Shown: positions 26,760-38,573 of the stretch, piece by piece
Numbering within the stretch: the first letter of the stretch is position 1
Layout: each line of letters starts with the position of its first letter
NCBI GenBank assembly: GCA_020442165.1
Contig: JAGRKV010000022.1
Coordinates: 5,921-69,920, forward strand
Direction of reading: 5' to 3'
DNA length: 64,000 bases
DNA from: Hyphomicrobiaceae bacterium
Lineage (GTDB): Bacteria; Pseudomonadota; Alphaproteobacteria; Rhizobiales; Hyphomicrobiaceae
Made by a program: the position numbers and the translations under genes
The notes under the pieces: model-generated
Database searches by the model: none
What the model saw: only the letters and a program-made list of their open reading frames with translations
What the model was told of the DNA's origin: nothing

Positions 26760-27818
26760 TCAGCGAGGCACGGCGAGCCACAGATCCATATCGAGAATGA
26801 CGCCATCGGCATATTTGCCGTCCGCCGACTTAAAGGGCAGTTGCTCGCAGCTCTGATTCTTGACCGCGACGAGGCGCGTGCGGAGAGCACCGACGTCGCT
26901 GCGGCCCGGCAGCTCAGCCTTCTCCAGGATCTCCGACCAGGCGTATACAGTGTCCCCGGCAAAGCACGGCGCAACGTGGCGACCGGCATTGATGGCTGCG
27001 ATGTGGAAGGCATTGCCAAGTCCGTTGAAGGATAGCGCCCGCGCCAGCGAGATCACCACGCCGCCATAGATGATGCGCTTGCCGAACCTTCCCTTGGCTT
27101 CCGTGTGCTGGTTGAAATGCACCTTCGCGGTGTTCTGGTAGAGGCGGGTGGCGATCTGATGCTCCGCCTCCTCCAGCGTCATGCCGTCGACGTGGTCGAT
27201 CTTCTCGCCCACCTCATAGTCGCCCCAGCGGAATGGCGAACCCGAGAGCGCGAAGTCATAGCGCGACGTATCGAGGCGCGGCACGGCCCCGCCGAGATCT
27301 TCAGGCGCTACGCGGTCAGGCAGATCCGGCACAACGGCATCGGGTGCAGGCGCCGCCTTGTCACGCTTCCTCACCATTACCCAGCGGGCATACTCGATCA
27401 CGATGTCGCCGTGCTGGTTGCGTCCCGTGGAGCGCACATAGACCGTGCCGGTTTCGCCGTTGGAGTTTTCCTTAAGGCCGATCACCTCCGATACGGTCGA
27501 CAGCGTATCGCCCGGAAAAACCGGCTTCACGAAACGGCCGCCAGCATAGCCCAGGTTGGCGATCGCATTGAGCGAAATGTCGGGAACGGTCTTGCCGAAC
27601 ACCACATGGAAGGCCAGCAGATCATCGACCGGCGCCTGGGAATATCCAATGGCCTTGGCGAAGGCGTCGGAGGACTGCACCGCAAATCTTGGCCCATAAA
27701 GCCCAGTGTAGAGAGCCACGTCGCCGTGCGTGACGGTGCGCGGCGTTGCATGCGTCAGGATCTGGCCGAACCTGAAATCCTCGAAATAGTTGCCGGGATT
27801 GGTCTTTGTCGCCTTCAT
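26760..27818 (-). CDS. MaoC-family double hot-dog enoyl-CoA hydratase (mesaconyl-CoA / itaconyl-CoA hydratase-like)
   Basis: The ATG at 27818 gives MKATKTNPGNYFEDFRFGQILTHATPRTVTHGDVALYTGLYGPRF. At about 352 aa it has the two hot-dog halves typical of mesaconyl-CoA hydratase-type enzymes. Confidence 0.8.
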   Translation of the reverse strand: MKATKTNPGNYFEDFRFGQILTHATPRTVTHGDVALYTGLYGPRFAVQSSDAFAKAIGYSQAPVDDLLAFHVVFGKTVPDISLNAIANLGYAGGRFVKPVFPGDTLSTVSEVIGLKENSNGETGTVYVRSTGRNQHGDIVIEYARWVMVRKRDKAAPAPDAVVPDLPDRVAPEDLGGAVPRLDTSRYDFALSGSPFRWGDYEVGEKIDHVDGMTLEEAEHQIATRLYQNTAKVHFNQHTEAKGRFGKRIIYGGVVISLARALSFNGLGNAFHIAAINAGRHVAPCFAGDTVYAWSEILEKAELPGRSDVGALRTRLVAVKNQSCEQLPFKSADGKYADGVILDMDLWLAVPR

Positions 27819-27924
27819 CTTCTTCTCTTTCCGGTCAAGGATCCAGCTGGCCAGCATCAGCCGCCGATGAAGGACGAAAATCGACCTTCATCAAGCTGGC
27901 TTCGGCGCACGTCGTAGGGCTTTC

Positions 27925-28809
27925 TCAGGACTTTTCCAAGTCGGCAATCGCCTCAGCAATCGCAACTGTGCGCTTCGCCATCACCATGTGGAGCCGCTCC
28001 ACCATCTTGCCTTCCACGGTGATAACGCCGAGCTTTTCGTTCTCCGGCCTGGCAAATTCGGCAATGATCTTGCGCGACCAGGCGACTTCCGCTTCCGAAG
28101 GCGAGAACGTCTCATTGGCAATGGCCACCTGGCTCGGATGGATCAGCGTCTTGCCGTCCATACCGAGGGTTCGGCCATGCTCCGCTTCCGCCCGGAAACC
28201 TATTTCGTCCTTGAAATCGTTGTAGACACCATCGAGCACGTCGAGACCATAGGCGCGCGCCGCCACGATGGTCATCGACAGCCACGGCACCACAGCAAAG
28301 CGATCCTTGTAGGCGCGCGCATGGCTCTCCTTGAGCAGGTCGTTGGTGCCCATCACCATGCAGGTCAGCCGGTGTTCGCGCTCGATGCCGGCCATGGCGA
28401 TCTCTCGCACGTTGAGGATCGACATCGGCGTTTCCATCATCGCCCAGATCTTGGTCTTTTCCGGCGCATGGGCGGCGGTCAACACCTTTGCCGCCGATAT
28501 GATGTCGCCAGGACGACCAACCTTTGGAACCAGGATCGCGTCGGGCGCGGCTTTGGCGGCGGCGAACAGGTCCTCAGCCCCCCATGGCGTCTCAAGGCCG
28601 TTGACGCGGATGATAAGTTCTCGCTTTCCGTAGCCCCCGGAAGCGACCGCCCCACAGACCTTTTCCCGCGCGCCTACCTTGGCGTCGGGCGCCACCGCAT
28701 CCTCGAGGTCGAGGATCAGCGCATCGGCGGCAATGGTCTTCGCTTTCTCAAGGGCCCGCTCATTGGATCCAGGCATGTAGAGGACGCTGCGGCGCGGACG
28801 GACGGTCAT
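27925..28809 (-). CDS. HpcH/HpaI aldolase / citrate lyase beta-like CoA ester lyase (malyl-/citramalyl-CoA lyase family)
   Basis: RRSVLYMPGSNERALEKAKTIAADALILDLEDAVAP and the downstream ETP / DG...DF pattern are typical of CitE-like acyl-CoA lyases. Confidence 0.85.
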   Translation of the reverse strand: MTVRPRRSVLYMPGSNERALEKAKTIAADALILDLEDAVAPDAKVGAREKVCGAVASGGYGKRELIIRVNGLETPWGAEDLFAAAKAAPDAILVPKVGRPGDIISAAKVLTAAHAPEKTKIWAMMETPMSILNVREIAMAGIEREHRLTCMVMGTNDLLKESHARAYKDRFAVVPWLSMTIVAARAYGLDVLDGVYNDFKDEIGFRAEAEHGRTLGMDGKTLIHPSQVAIANETFSPSEAEVAWSRKIIAEFARPENEKLGVITVEGKMVERLHMVMAKRTVAIAEAIADLEKS

Positions 28810-29023
28810 GTTGTTGGAAACCTTTCGATTTTTTCAGCCGACGGACGCTGGCAGGAAACACGGAACGGCGGTATTTTGCGCTGCACCCTAAATCGGCACC
28901 CCTAAATTACAACTCGAAAAAGGTCGATTATCCTCCGACGGACGCCCATCGGTCCCGACAATCGCCGCCGCCCAAGCCCGCCCGCACTTCCCTGAAACTC
29001 AAAAAATCTACCGCCACGCACCC

Positions 29024-29890
29024 ATGCCACGCATTCTTGCCATCTCGTCCTATGTCGCCTCCGGACACGTCGGCCTGGCAGCCATCGTGCCGGCGTTGCA
29101 GGCCCTCGGCCACGACGTGGCCGCTGTTCCAACGATCGTATTATCCCGGCACCCCGGACACCGCGCATCCGCGGGCGCGCCGCTCGCCCCCGATCAGTTC
29201 CAGGCGCTGGTCGACCAGATCGTTGAATCAGCAGCTGACGAACCCTTTGCCGCGATCATCACCGGCTACATGCCCAGCGCCCGCCATGTCGAAATTGCTG
29301 CCATGGCAGTAGCGGAGCTACAGCGGTTCAAGACAACACCGTTTCTGTGCGACCCCATCATTGGCGACGCGCCCAAAGGCCTCTATGTCGACCAATCCGT
29401 GGCCGCATCCATGCGCGATCTGCTGTTGCCGATTGCCGACTTCGCCACACCCAACGCATTCGAACTGTCATGGCTAACGCAACAGCCCACCGCGACAGTA
29501 GAAGAAGCTTTGCGAGCTGCAGAAGAATTGCCGGTCAGCGAAGTTGTAGCAACCTCGGTGCCGCATGGCAGCGGGCGCATCGCAAACGTCCTGGCGAACA
29601 CCTTTGAGAGTTGTGTCTGTGACGTCCCGTTGCTGCAATCGGTCCCCCATGGCACCGGAGATCTCTTCTCGGCCCTGCTCCTGGGTCATCTCATATCCAA
29701 CGGCAAGCCGCTGCCGGATGCACTCGCATGCGCAACAGCGGCCACCCGTGCTATCATCGAGGCCAGTTTGGGAAGATCCGAGCTTGCGCTCGTGGGGAAC
29801 CTCGCCAACGCGTTGGCGGCCGAACCGGCACCCATCCAGCCCGCGGCTGAGGCAAGTGGTCGGCAACCAGGAAAGCTCACCCAACATTGA
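29024..29890 (+). CDS. Pyridoxal/pyridoxamine kinase (PdxY/PdxK family)
   Basis: The N-terminus ILAISSYVASGHVGLAAIVPALQALGH and the ribokinase-like C-terminus GTGDLFSALLLGH match this family. Confidence 0.85.
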   Translation: MPRILAISSYVASGHVGLAAIVPALQALGHDVAAVPTIVLSRHPGHRASAGAPLAPDQFQALVDQIVESAADEPFAAIITGYMPSARHVEIAAMAVAELQRFKTTPFLCDPIIGDAPKGLYVDQSVAASMRDLLLPIADFATPNAFELSWLTQQPTATVEEALRAAEELPVSEVVATSVPHGSGRIANVLANTFESCVCDVPLLQSVPHGTGDLFSALLLGHLISNGKPLPDALACATAATRAIIEASLGRSELALVGNLANALAAEPAPIQPAAEASGRQPGKLTQH

Positions 29891-30026
29891 CGCAGGCATT
29901 CAGCCGACCCAAATTGCCTAGAAGCGATCAATTCACCTATTTGCATTATCCGCGCTGGCTCACGCGATCGGTTGAGCGCAAACCGGTCCGTCCGAAATAT
30001 GCCCAAACCCGGAGACGCGAGAAATC

Positions 30027-31223
30027 ATGAGCGAACAGAAGAATAACGGGCTGACGTTCCTGAAGCATGAGGCTGCGCCGGGCATCATCCTGCTCATCGC
30101 GGCAGCGGCCGCGCTGCTGATGGAAAACTCTCCCTGGCGATGGGTCTACGACAGCCTGCTCGACACGCGCGTGACGGTGGGGATCGGCAAACTGCTGCTC
30201 TATAAGCCGCTGCTGCTGTGGATCAACGATGGCCTGATGGCGATCTTTTTCTTCCTCGTCGGACTGGAGATTAAGCGCGAACTCATGGTTGGCGAGTTGT
30301 CCTCGGTTCGCCGCGCCACCCTGCCCGCGATGGCTGCCGTTGGCGGCATGGTCGTCCCCGCGCTTATCTACGCAATCGTCAACCATTCCGACCCGGTCGC
30401 CCTCAATGGCTGGGCCATTCCCGCCGCCACCGACATCGCATTTGCAATAGGCGTTCTCGCGCTGCTCGGATCGCGCGTGCCATCATCGCTCAAGGTGTTC
30501 TTGCTGGCCCTTGCGATCATCGATGATCTCGGCGCCATCATCATCATCGCCTTGTTCTATACGACCGACTTGTCTTTGCCCGCGCTCTACCTCGCCGGCG
30601 CCGGCATACTCGCTCTCATCGCCCTCAATCGCTTCCATGTGTCCAATACGGCGCCCTATGTACTGGTCGGCATCTTCATATGGGTCTGCGTGCTGAAATC
30701 AGGCGTACACGCGACGCTGGCCGGCGTCGTGACCGCACTTGCTGTCCCGCTCTATGCCAAGGGCAGCACGGACCACGAGCACGGCCCGCTGCTCGAGCTG
30801 GAACACCGCCTGCAGCCTTGGGTGGTCTATGCGATCATGCCCGCCTTTGCCTTCGCCAACGCCGGCGTCGCCCTGTCGGGGCTATCGTTCGACAAACTCC
30901 TCGCACCGATCCCGCTTGGCATCATTCTGGGTCTTTTCATCGGCAAGCCGCTGGGCATCATGGCCTTCCTCTGGCTCGCGCTGCGCCTTGGCTGGGGCGA
31001 GCGCCCCGGCGGGGCCAGCTGGCCCGCCCTGCTCGGCGTCTCATTTCTGGGCGGCATCGGCTTCACCATGAGCCTGTTCATCGGCGGACTGGCCTTCTCC
31101 GACCCCGCATTCGCCACCGACATTCGCATCGGCGTGCTGGGCGGCTCCATTCTCTCGGCCACGGTAGGCTTTGTCTTGCTCGCGGGCGCGTTTGCGGGCA
31201 AGACAAAGCCACTGCCCACTTGA
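30027..31223 (+). CDS. nhaA: Na+/H+ antiporter NhaA
   Basis: LLWINDGLMAIFFFLVGLEIKRE and the IIDDLGAIIIIALFY (DD motif) are diagnostic. Confidence 0.95.
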   Translation: MSEQKNNGLTFLKHEAAPGIILLIAAAAALLMENSPWRWVYDSLLDTRVTVGIGKLLLYKPLLLWINDGLMAIFFFLVGLEIKRELMVGELSSVRRATLPAMAAVGGMVVPALIYAIVNHSDPVALNGWAIPAATDIAFAIGVLALLGSRVPSSLKVFLLALAIIDDLGAIIIIALFYTTDLSLPALYLAGAGILALIALNRFHVSNTAPYVLVGIFIWVCVLKSGVHATLAGVVTALAVPLYAKGSTDHEHGPLLELEHRLQPWVVYAIMPAFAFANAGVALSGLSFDKLLAPIPLGIILGLFIGKPLGIMAFLWLALRLGWGERPGGASWPALLGVSFLGGIGFTMSLFIGGLAFSDPAFATDIRIGVLGGSILSATVGFVLLAGAFAGKTKPLPT

Positions 31224-31290
31224 GGTAGCAAAGTGCCGACCACAAAGGACGTCACTCGATAAGAACGGAAATCAAACCGCGCAGAGGAGC

Positions 31291-31938
31291 ATGTCGCCCG
31301 TGAGTCAATTCCCCGAGCACCTTTCCGAACGCTACCTGCGATTCAAATTTCGCCACTTCACGCCGAACATGGATCGCTACGAAGAGCTGGCCACATTCGG
31401 CCAGAGCCCCGACGTGATGATCGTCTCGTGCTGCGACAGCCGCGTCGATCCGGAAACCATCTTCTCGGCCATGCCGGGCGAGTTGTTCGTGATGCGCAAC
31501 GTCGCCAATCTGGTGCCGCCATATGAAACCGACGGCAAGTTCCACGGTGTCTCGGCGGCTCTGGAATTCGCGCTGCTCAATCTGCGGGTCAAGCATGTGG
31601 TGGTGATGGGCCATGCCGGTTGCGGCGGCGTCAAAGCCGCACTCGAACAGACAGCTGCCAAGCAGACGGATGCCTTGTTCATCAGCAAATGGATGTCGAT
31701 GCTCGAAGATGCCCGCCTTTCTGTCTTAGCGAAGCATCAAGGCTCGACAACCGCTGAGCGCCTCAAAGCTCTGGAGATGGAAGGCATCAAGACGTCGCTC
31801 AAGAACTTGAGGACGTTTCCCTGCATCCAGTCGCTCGAAAGCAAGGGCAGGGTTACATTGCACGGAGCCTATTTCGAGATTGCGACAGGCACACTCGCCA
31901 TATTGAATCAGCTCACTGGCAATTTCTACGATTTGTGA
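31291..31938 (+). CDS. Beta-class carbonic anhydrase
   Basis: The ATG at 31291 follows a GAGGAG RBS. Zn ligand contexts are SCCDSRV and GHAGCGG. The track start at 31171 overlaps nhaA and was rejected. Confidence 0.9.
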   Translation: MSPVSQFPEHLSERYLRFKFRHFTPNMDRYEELATFGQSPDVMIVSCCDSRVDPETIFSAMPGELFVMRNVANLVPPYETDGKFHGVSAALEFALLNLRVKHVVVMGHAGCGGVKAALEQTAAKQTDALFISKWMSMLEDARLSVLAKHQGSTTAERLKALEMEGIKTSLKNLRTFPCIQSLESKGRVTLHGAYFEIATGTLAILNQLTGNFYDL

Positions 31939-32034
31939 TGGCTTGGAGACCGGCCGCAAATTGATCGCGGCCGGGCCCGCCGTCCCTTCAAAACACTTGC
32001 CGAATGCGTTTTCCTTATGCCGACGCTGCCCAGC

Positions 32035-32679
32035 TCAGGACTGTGGCTTGGCAGCCGTCTTGGCGCGCGCCTTCTCGATTTCGGCGATCATCTTTTCGAG
32101 CGCGGCTTCATTGGTGATAGGCCCGACCTGCTTGAAGGCAATACGTCCCGAACCGTCGACAATGAAAGTCTCCGGCATCCCGTAAACGCCCCATTCGATC
32201 GCGCCGCGCCCCAGCGGATCGACGCCGACGGCCTTGAACGGATTGCCGTAGCGGCCAATGAACCGGCGGCCGTCGTCAGCCCCGTCCTTGTAGTTGACAC
32301 CCATGATGGCAACGCCCGTGCGCTTCTGAAGCTCCACGAGGTAGGGATGCTCCTGCACACATGGGATGCACCAAGAGGCCCAGAAATTGACGACATGCAC
32401 GTTGCCTTCCGCCAGCTCTTTGGCTGTGAAACCCGGAACCTGCTGCTCGGCGTGCTTGAGCCCTTCCAGCGGCGCGAAATCAACCTGCGGCGCCGGCCGG
32501 CCGATCAGGGCTGATGGCAGCTTGGAAGGATCGCCCGAAAACAGCGCGAAGGCGAACATGATGGCAAGGCCGAAGAAGATCGCCACGGGCAGCACGACAA
32601 AGCCCGAGCGCTGCCGCCCCTCCGCCGGACTTGCGGCATGAGTTGACGAACGGTTCGCACGATCCTGCTCGGCGCTCAT
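32035..32679 (-). CDS. ccmG: Thiol:disulfide oxidoreductase for cytochrome c maturation (DsbE/CcmG)
   Basis: Membrane anchor plus a thioredoxin fold with the WASWCIPC active site and the GVYGMPETF motif. Confidence 0.9.
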   Translation of the reverse strand: MSAEQDRANRSSTHAASPAEGRQRSGFVVLPVAIFFGLAIMFAFALFSGDPSKLPSALIGRPAPQVDFAPLEGLKHAEQQVPGFTAKELAEGNVHVVNFWASWCIPCVQEHPYLVELQKRTGVAIMGVNYKDGADDGRRFIGRYGNPFKAVGVDPLGRGAIEWGVYGMPETFIVDGSGRIAFKQVGPITNEAALEKMIAEIEKARAKTAAKPQS

Positions 32680-32745
32680 GGCTGGCTGCTTCCTTCCCTG
32701 TTGTTATTGTTTCTTTCCAACCCGTCCACCGGCACACACCGGCCA

Positions 32746-32907
32746 TCAGCGACCAGAACGCCGCCGCACGCCGCGCTGCTCCAGCTCGTGGAGAAGCCGC
32801 AGCTGTCGCCGGCCATCCCAGATGAGCCACACAAGTAGCACAACCAAAACGAACGCGACGGCACCGTATGAAGCCCAGATGAAAGCCGCATGTGGCCCAA
32901 GGTCCAT
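32746..32907 (-). CDS. ccmD: Heme exporter protein CcmD
   Basis: Absent from the ORF track (53 aa). A GAAGGAGG RBS precedes the ATG at 32907: MDLGPHAAFIWASYGAVAFVLVVLLVWLIWDGRRQLRLLHELEQRGVRRRSGR. It has a single TM helix plus a basic tail and sits in the conserved position between ccmC and ccmG. Confidence 0.8.
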   Translation of the reverse strand: MDLGPHAAFIWASYGAVAFVLVVLLVWLIWDGRRQLRLLHELEQRGVRRRSGR

Positions 32908-32917
32908 GTCGCCTCCT

Positions 32918-33721
32918 TCAGCCTGACGCCGCTGTGCTTGCCTCGCGCCCGCGCGCGGCCTGCTCGACCTCGGCCATGCGCAGCGCTTTGACCCGCCGCC
33001 GCAGCACCTCGTTACGCATTCCCTTCATGTGCAGGGCAAGAAACAGGATCGAGAAGCCGACGGCGTTGATGATGAGCGGATAAAGGATGGATGGATGTAT
33101 TGCGGGTCCGCCCATCTTCACCACGCTGGCTGGCTGATGCAGCGTGTTCCACCAGTCCACCGAGAACTTGATGATCGGCAAGATCACCACGCCCGCAAGC
33201 CCCAGCACCGCGGTCTGCTTCGCCGCCAATGCCTCGTCATCGAGCGACGAACGAAGCGCCATCAGCCCAAGATATAGGAAGAACAAGATCAGCACCGATG
33301 TCAGGCGCGCATCCCACACCCAGTAGGTGCCCCACATCGGTTTGCCCCACAGCGATCCCGTGATGAGCGCCAGCAGCGTGAAAGCCGCGCCGATTGGTGC
33401 TGCAGCCTTGGCCGAAACGTCGGCCAGCGGATGGCGGAATACCAGCAGCCCGAAACTTGATATGGCGATCATCGCGTAGCCCATCATGCCGAGCCATGCC
33501 GACGGCACATGGATGAACATGATCTTGACCGTCTCGCCCTGCTGGTAATCGGGCGGCGCAACAAAAAACGTCAGATAAAGACCATAAAGGATGATGCCCG
33601 CCGCCAGCGCGGACAGCCACGGCAGGATCACGCCCGACAGCTCCATGAAGCGGGTCGGGTTTGCCAGCCGCTGCGTCAGCGACTGCGGCGTGGTCTGGGC
33701 GTCGGTGCTCATGGGCTTCAC
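32918..33721 (-). CDS. ccmC: Heme exporter protein CcmC
   Basis: The Trp-rich heme-handling motif WGKPMWGTYWVWDARLTS is diagnostic. Confidence 0.95.
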   Translation of the reverse strand: MKPMSTDAQTTPQSLTQRLANPTRFMELSGVILPWLSALAAGIILYGLYLTFFVAPPDYQQGETVKIMFIHVPSAWLGMMGYAMIAISSFGLLVFRHPLADVSAKAAAPIGAAFTLLALITGSLWGKPMWGTYWVWDARLTSVLILFFLYLGLMALRSSLDDEALAAKQTAVLGLAGVVILPIIKFSVDWWNTLHQPASVVKMGGPAIHPSILYPLIINAVGFSILFLALHMKGMRNEVLRRRVKALRMAEVEQAARGREASTAASG

Positions 33722-33806
33722 TTACGTCCTCCGGCGCAAAAGCGCAATTTTCGCGTCGTCACAGCGCTCATCACGTTTAGCTGAAAGCCGCACGGGAATT
33801 GGCAGC

Positions 33807-33912
33807 CTGGAGCTTGTTTAGCTGAAGTGTGTGGCGGTTCAGCGTGAAAAACATGCTCAAGACAAAAAGATAGAGCGCGTTCCCGAATCTATCGAAAATG
33901 AACGCGCTCTAA
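33807..33912. repeat. Intergenic ~105-bp MITE/REP-like repeat, copy B
   Basis: Matches 22221-22326. Contains an 11-bp perfect hairpin, TAGAGCGCGTT (33871-33881) / AACGCGCTCTA (33901-33911). The last CTA (33909-33911) is the ccmB stop codon on the minus strand. Confidence 0.75.
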
Positions 33913-34577
33913 TGCATGTGCTGGCGCAGCGCGGCTGCGGCCGCCACCGGGCCCAGAACCATCGCCACCAGCGAGATCGCGGTCAGGATGAGAAACGAGG
34001 CCAGAAACCCGTCAGGCGCGAGCAGCGCGGCGCTGATCGCCGAGATGCCGAAAATCAGCGTCGGCACATAGAACGGTAATACCAGCAAGGCAAGAAGAAG
34101 GCCGCCCCGCCGCGTCTTCAGGGTAAGCGCCGCGCCGATCGAACCCAGAAAGCTGATCGCCGGCGTGCCAGCCAGCATGGTGGCGATCACCAGCGGATAG
34201 GCGCGAGCCTCCAGATTGAGCAGGATTCCAAGAACCGGAGCCATCAAAGCCAGCGGGATGCCTGTCGACAGCCAATGCGCCAGCGCCTTGGACGCTGCCA
34301 TCAGTTCAAGCGGCAAGCCGCCGAGCGCCAGCACGTCGAGCGAACCGTCATCGTGGTCGGCCTCGAACAGCCGGGGCAGCGACAGCAGCGCCGCCAGCAG
34401 CAACGCCACCCAGAGCACGCCAGGCGCAATCCGCGTCAACAGATTGAGGTCGGGACCAAGCCCTAGCGGCATCAAAGTCACGACGATGAGATAGAAGCCG
34501 AGCGCTGTACCGAGCGCGCCGCCCTCGCGCACCGCCAGCAGCAGATCCCTTTTCAGTAGCGTCAGGAAACCGCTCAT
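33909..34577 (-). CDS. ccmB: Heme exporter protein CcmB
   Basis: Six-helix membrane protein (LLKRDLLLAVREGG start) located between ccmA and ccmC. Confidence 0.9.
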   Translation of the reverse strand: MSGFLTLLKRDLLLAVREGGALGTALGFYLIVVTLMPLGLGPDLNLLTRIAPGVLWVALLLAALLSLPRLFEADHDDGSLDVLALGGLPLELMAASKALAHWLSTGIPLALMAPVLGILLNLEARAYPLVIATMLAGTPAISFLGSIGAALTLKTRRGGLLLALLVLPFYVPTLIFGISAISAALLAPDGFLASFLILTAISLVAMVLGPVAAAAALRQHMH

Positions 34578-35215
34578 TGGGCGCCACCTTGGTTAACGCC
34601 ATCGCCGAGCCGCAATTCGCGCGCGTCCCCAAGCCCAAGCGGAAGATGTGTGGCTGCCACCACCAGCCCGCCATCGGCGACATGCGTATCGATGATCTTG
34701 GCCAACAGCGCCGTCGACTGCGCATCGAGTGATACGGTGGGTTCATCGAGCAGCCAGACGGGCCGCCGCGCCACCAGCAAGCGCGCCAGGCCAAGCCGCC
34801 GCTTCTGTCCAGCCGACAGATACCCAGCTGGAATTTCTGCCAGCGGATCGAGGCCGAAGCGTTCAAGCGCTGCCCACAGGCACTCTTCAGCCATTGTCCC
34901 GCTGCCCTCTCCGCCAAGATACGATTGCCAGAAACGCAGGTTCTCCAGCACCGTGAGACTGGCCTTGTTGGCATCCAGGTGGCCGACGTAATGGCAGGCT
35001 TCCCGCGGCTCGCGCTCGTCGTCGAACCCGTCGATCCGGATCGTTCCAGACAGGGGACTGAGATAGCCAGCAAGCGCGCGGATCAGCGTCGTCTTGCCCG
35101 CGCCGTTGCGGCCCGTCAGCAGCAGCGCCTCGCCGGACTGAACGGCAAACGACAGGCCGTCGATGATGCGGCGCCCGCCACGGGCAACCACGAGATCTGA
35201 AGCGAGAAGCTGCAA
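34574..35215 (-). CDS. ccmA: Heme ABC exporter ATP-binding protein CcmA
   Basis: Walker A GRNGAGKTT, signature LSAGQKRR and Walker B LLDEP. The ccmB start overlaps its stop by 4 nt. Confidence 0.9.
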   Translation of the reverse strand: MQLLASDLVVARGGRRIIDGLSFAVQSGEALLLTGRNGAGKTTLIRALAGYLSPLSGTIRIDGFDDEREPREACHYVGHLDANKASLTVLENLRFWQSYLGGEGSGTMAEECLWAALERFGLDPLAEIPAGYLSAGQKRRLGLARLLVARRPVWLLDEPTVSLDAQSTALLAKIIDTHVADGGLVVAATHLPLGLGDARELRLGDGVNQGGAQ

Positions 35216-35630
35216 GGCGCCCCGTCACACCGGTTCACGGGTCCCAAGGCCCGCGGCCCCGACATCCCTGGCCAAGAAATGAGCACCTGGAGGACCATCC
35301 TCACCCCGGCGCACCGCTCGTCCCAATCCGGAAGTTTAGTGGCCGGAAGAGCGACCGGGCTATATAAGTGTCCCGCTCCCACTCACGCCAGCGCAAAAAG
35401 CGGGGCAGCTCCGATCCGGACGACCAATTTGGTTTCAATCCTGCTGATCGGCTAAGACCTATCCGCCGGCACACCGGCGGCGCGGCGAGGAGAGCGGTGG
35501 AACAGGCAACGGCAGGGGCGCATCACCAGCGCTCGCGCCTCCGGTGATTATGCCCGAGGCTGCACGCCATTGCATTTGTCACCCGTCCGCTCGCCTCAAC
35601 CACGCAAGAATATGTCCTGGAGGACCCATT

Positions 35631-38351
<2,721 letters not shown>

Positions 38352-38381
38352 GCGTTCGCGCTCGCTGCTTGAAGATGAAGG

Positions 38382-38415
38382 AAACGGCCGCCCCGAGAGG
38401 CGGCCGTTTACCTTT
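38382..38415 (+). terminator. Rho-independent terminator after acnA
   Basis: 11-bp perfect stem AAACGGCCGCC / GGCGGCCGTTT (38382-38392 / 38399-38409) with a 6-nt loop, then ACCTTTG. Confidence 0.65.
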
Positions 38416-38573
38416 GCGTGCCGGTTAAGAGAATGCTCATTCCCTCACTTTGCCACGTCAAGCAATCGTGACTCGCATTTGACATGGATGCACGCCATGT
38501 CATGCTTGTCCGATATGACGCCAAAGCGAGCAAACTGATCCCTATGCGAGATAGCGCGCAACCAGGCCGATAC

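Noticed and set aside
27105-28905. Plus-strand ORFs of 270 and 305 codons (27105-27917 and 27988-28905)
   Set aside because: They are antisense to the MaoC-family hydratase and CitE-like lyase genes, both of which show clear family motifs on the minus strand.
30027-31938. Adjacency of nhaA and a beta-carbonic anhydrase as a possible dedicated pH/bicarbonate module
   Set aside because: The two genes are separated by 67 nt with independent RBSs and both are common housekeeping genes. Adjacency alone is weak evidence for a system, and I could not find supporting regulatory structure.
35279-35455. 58-codon ORF in the ccmA-acnA spacer (MSTWRTILTPAHRSSQ...)
   Set aside because: It has no RBS, a Ser/Thr/Arg-rich composition and no hydrophobic or structural pattern. 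It is probably non-coding.
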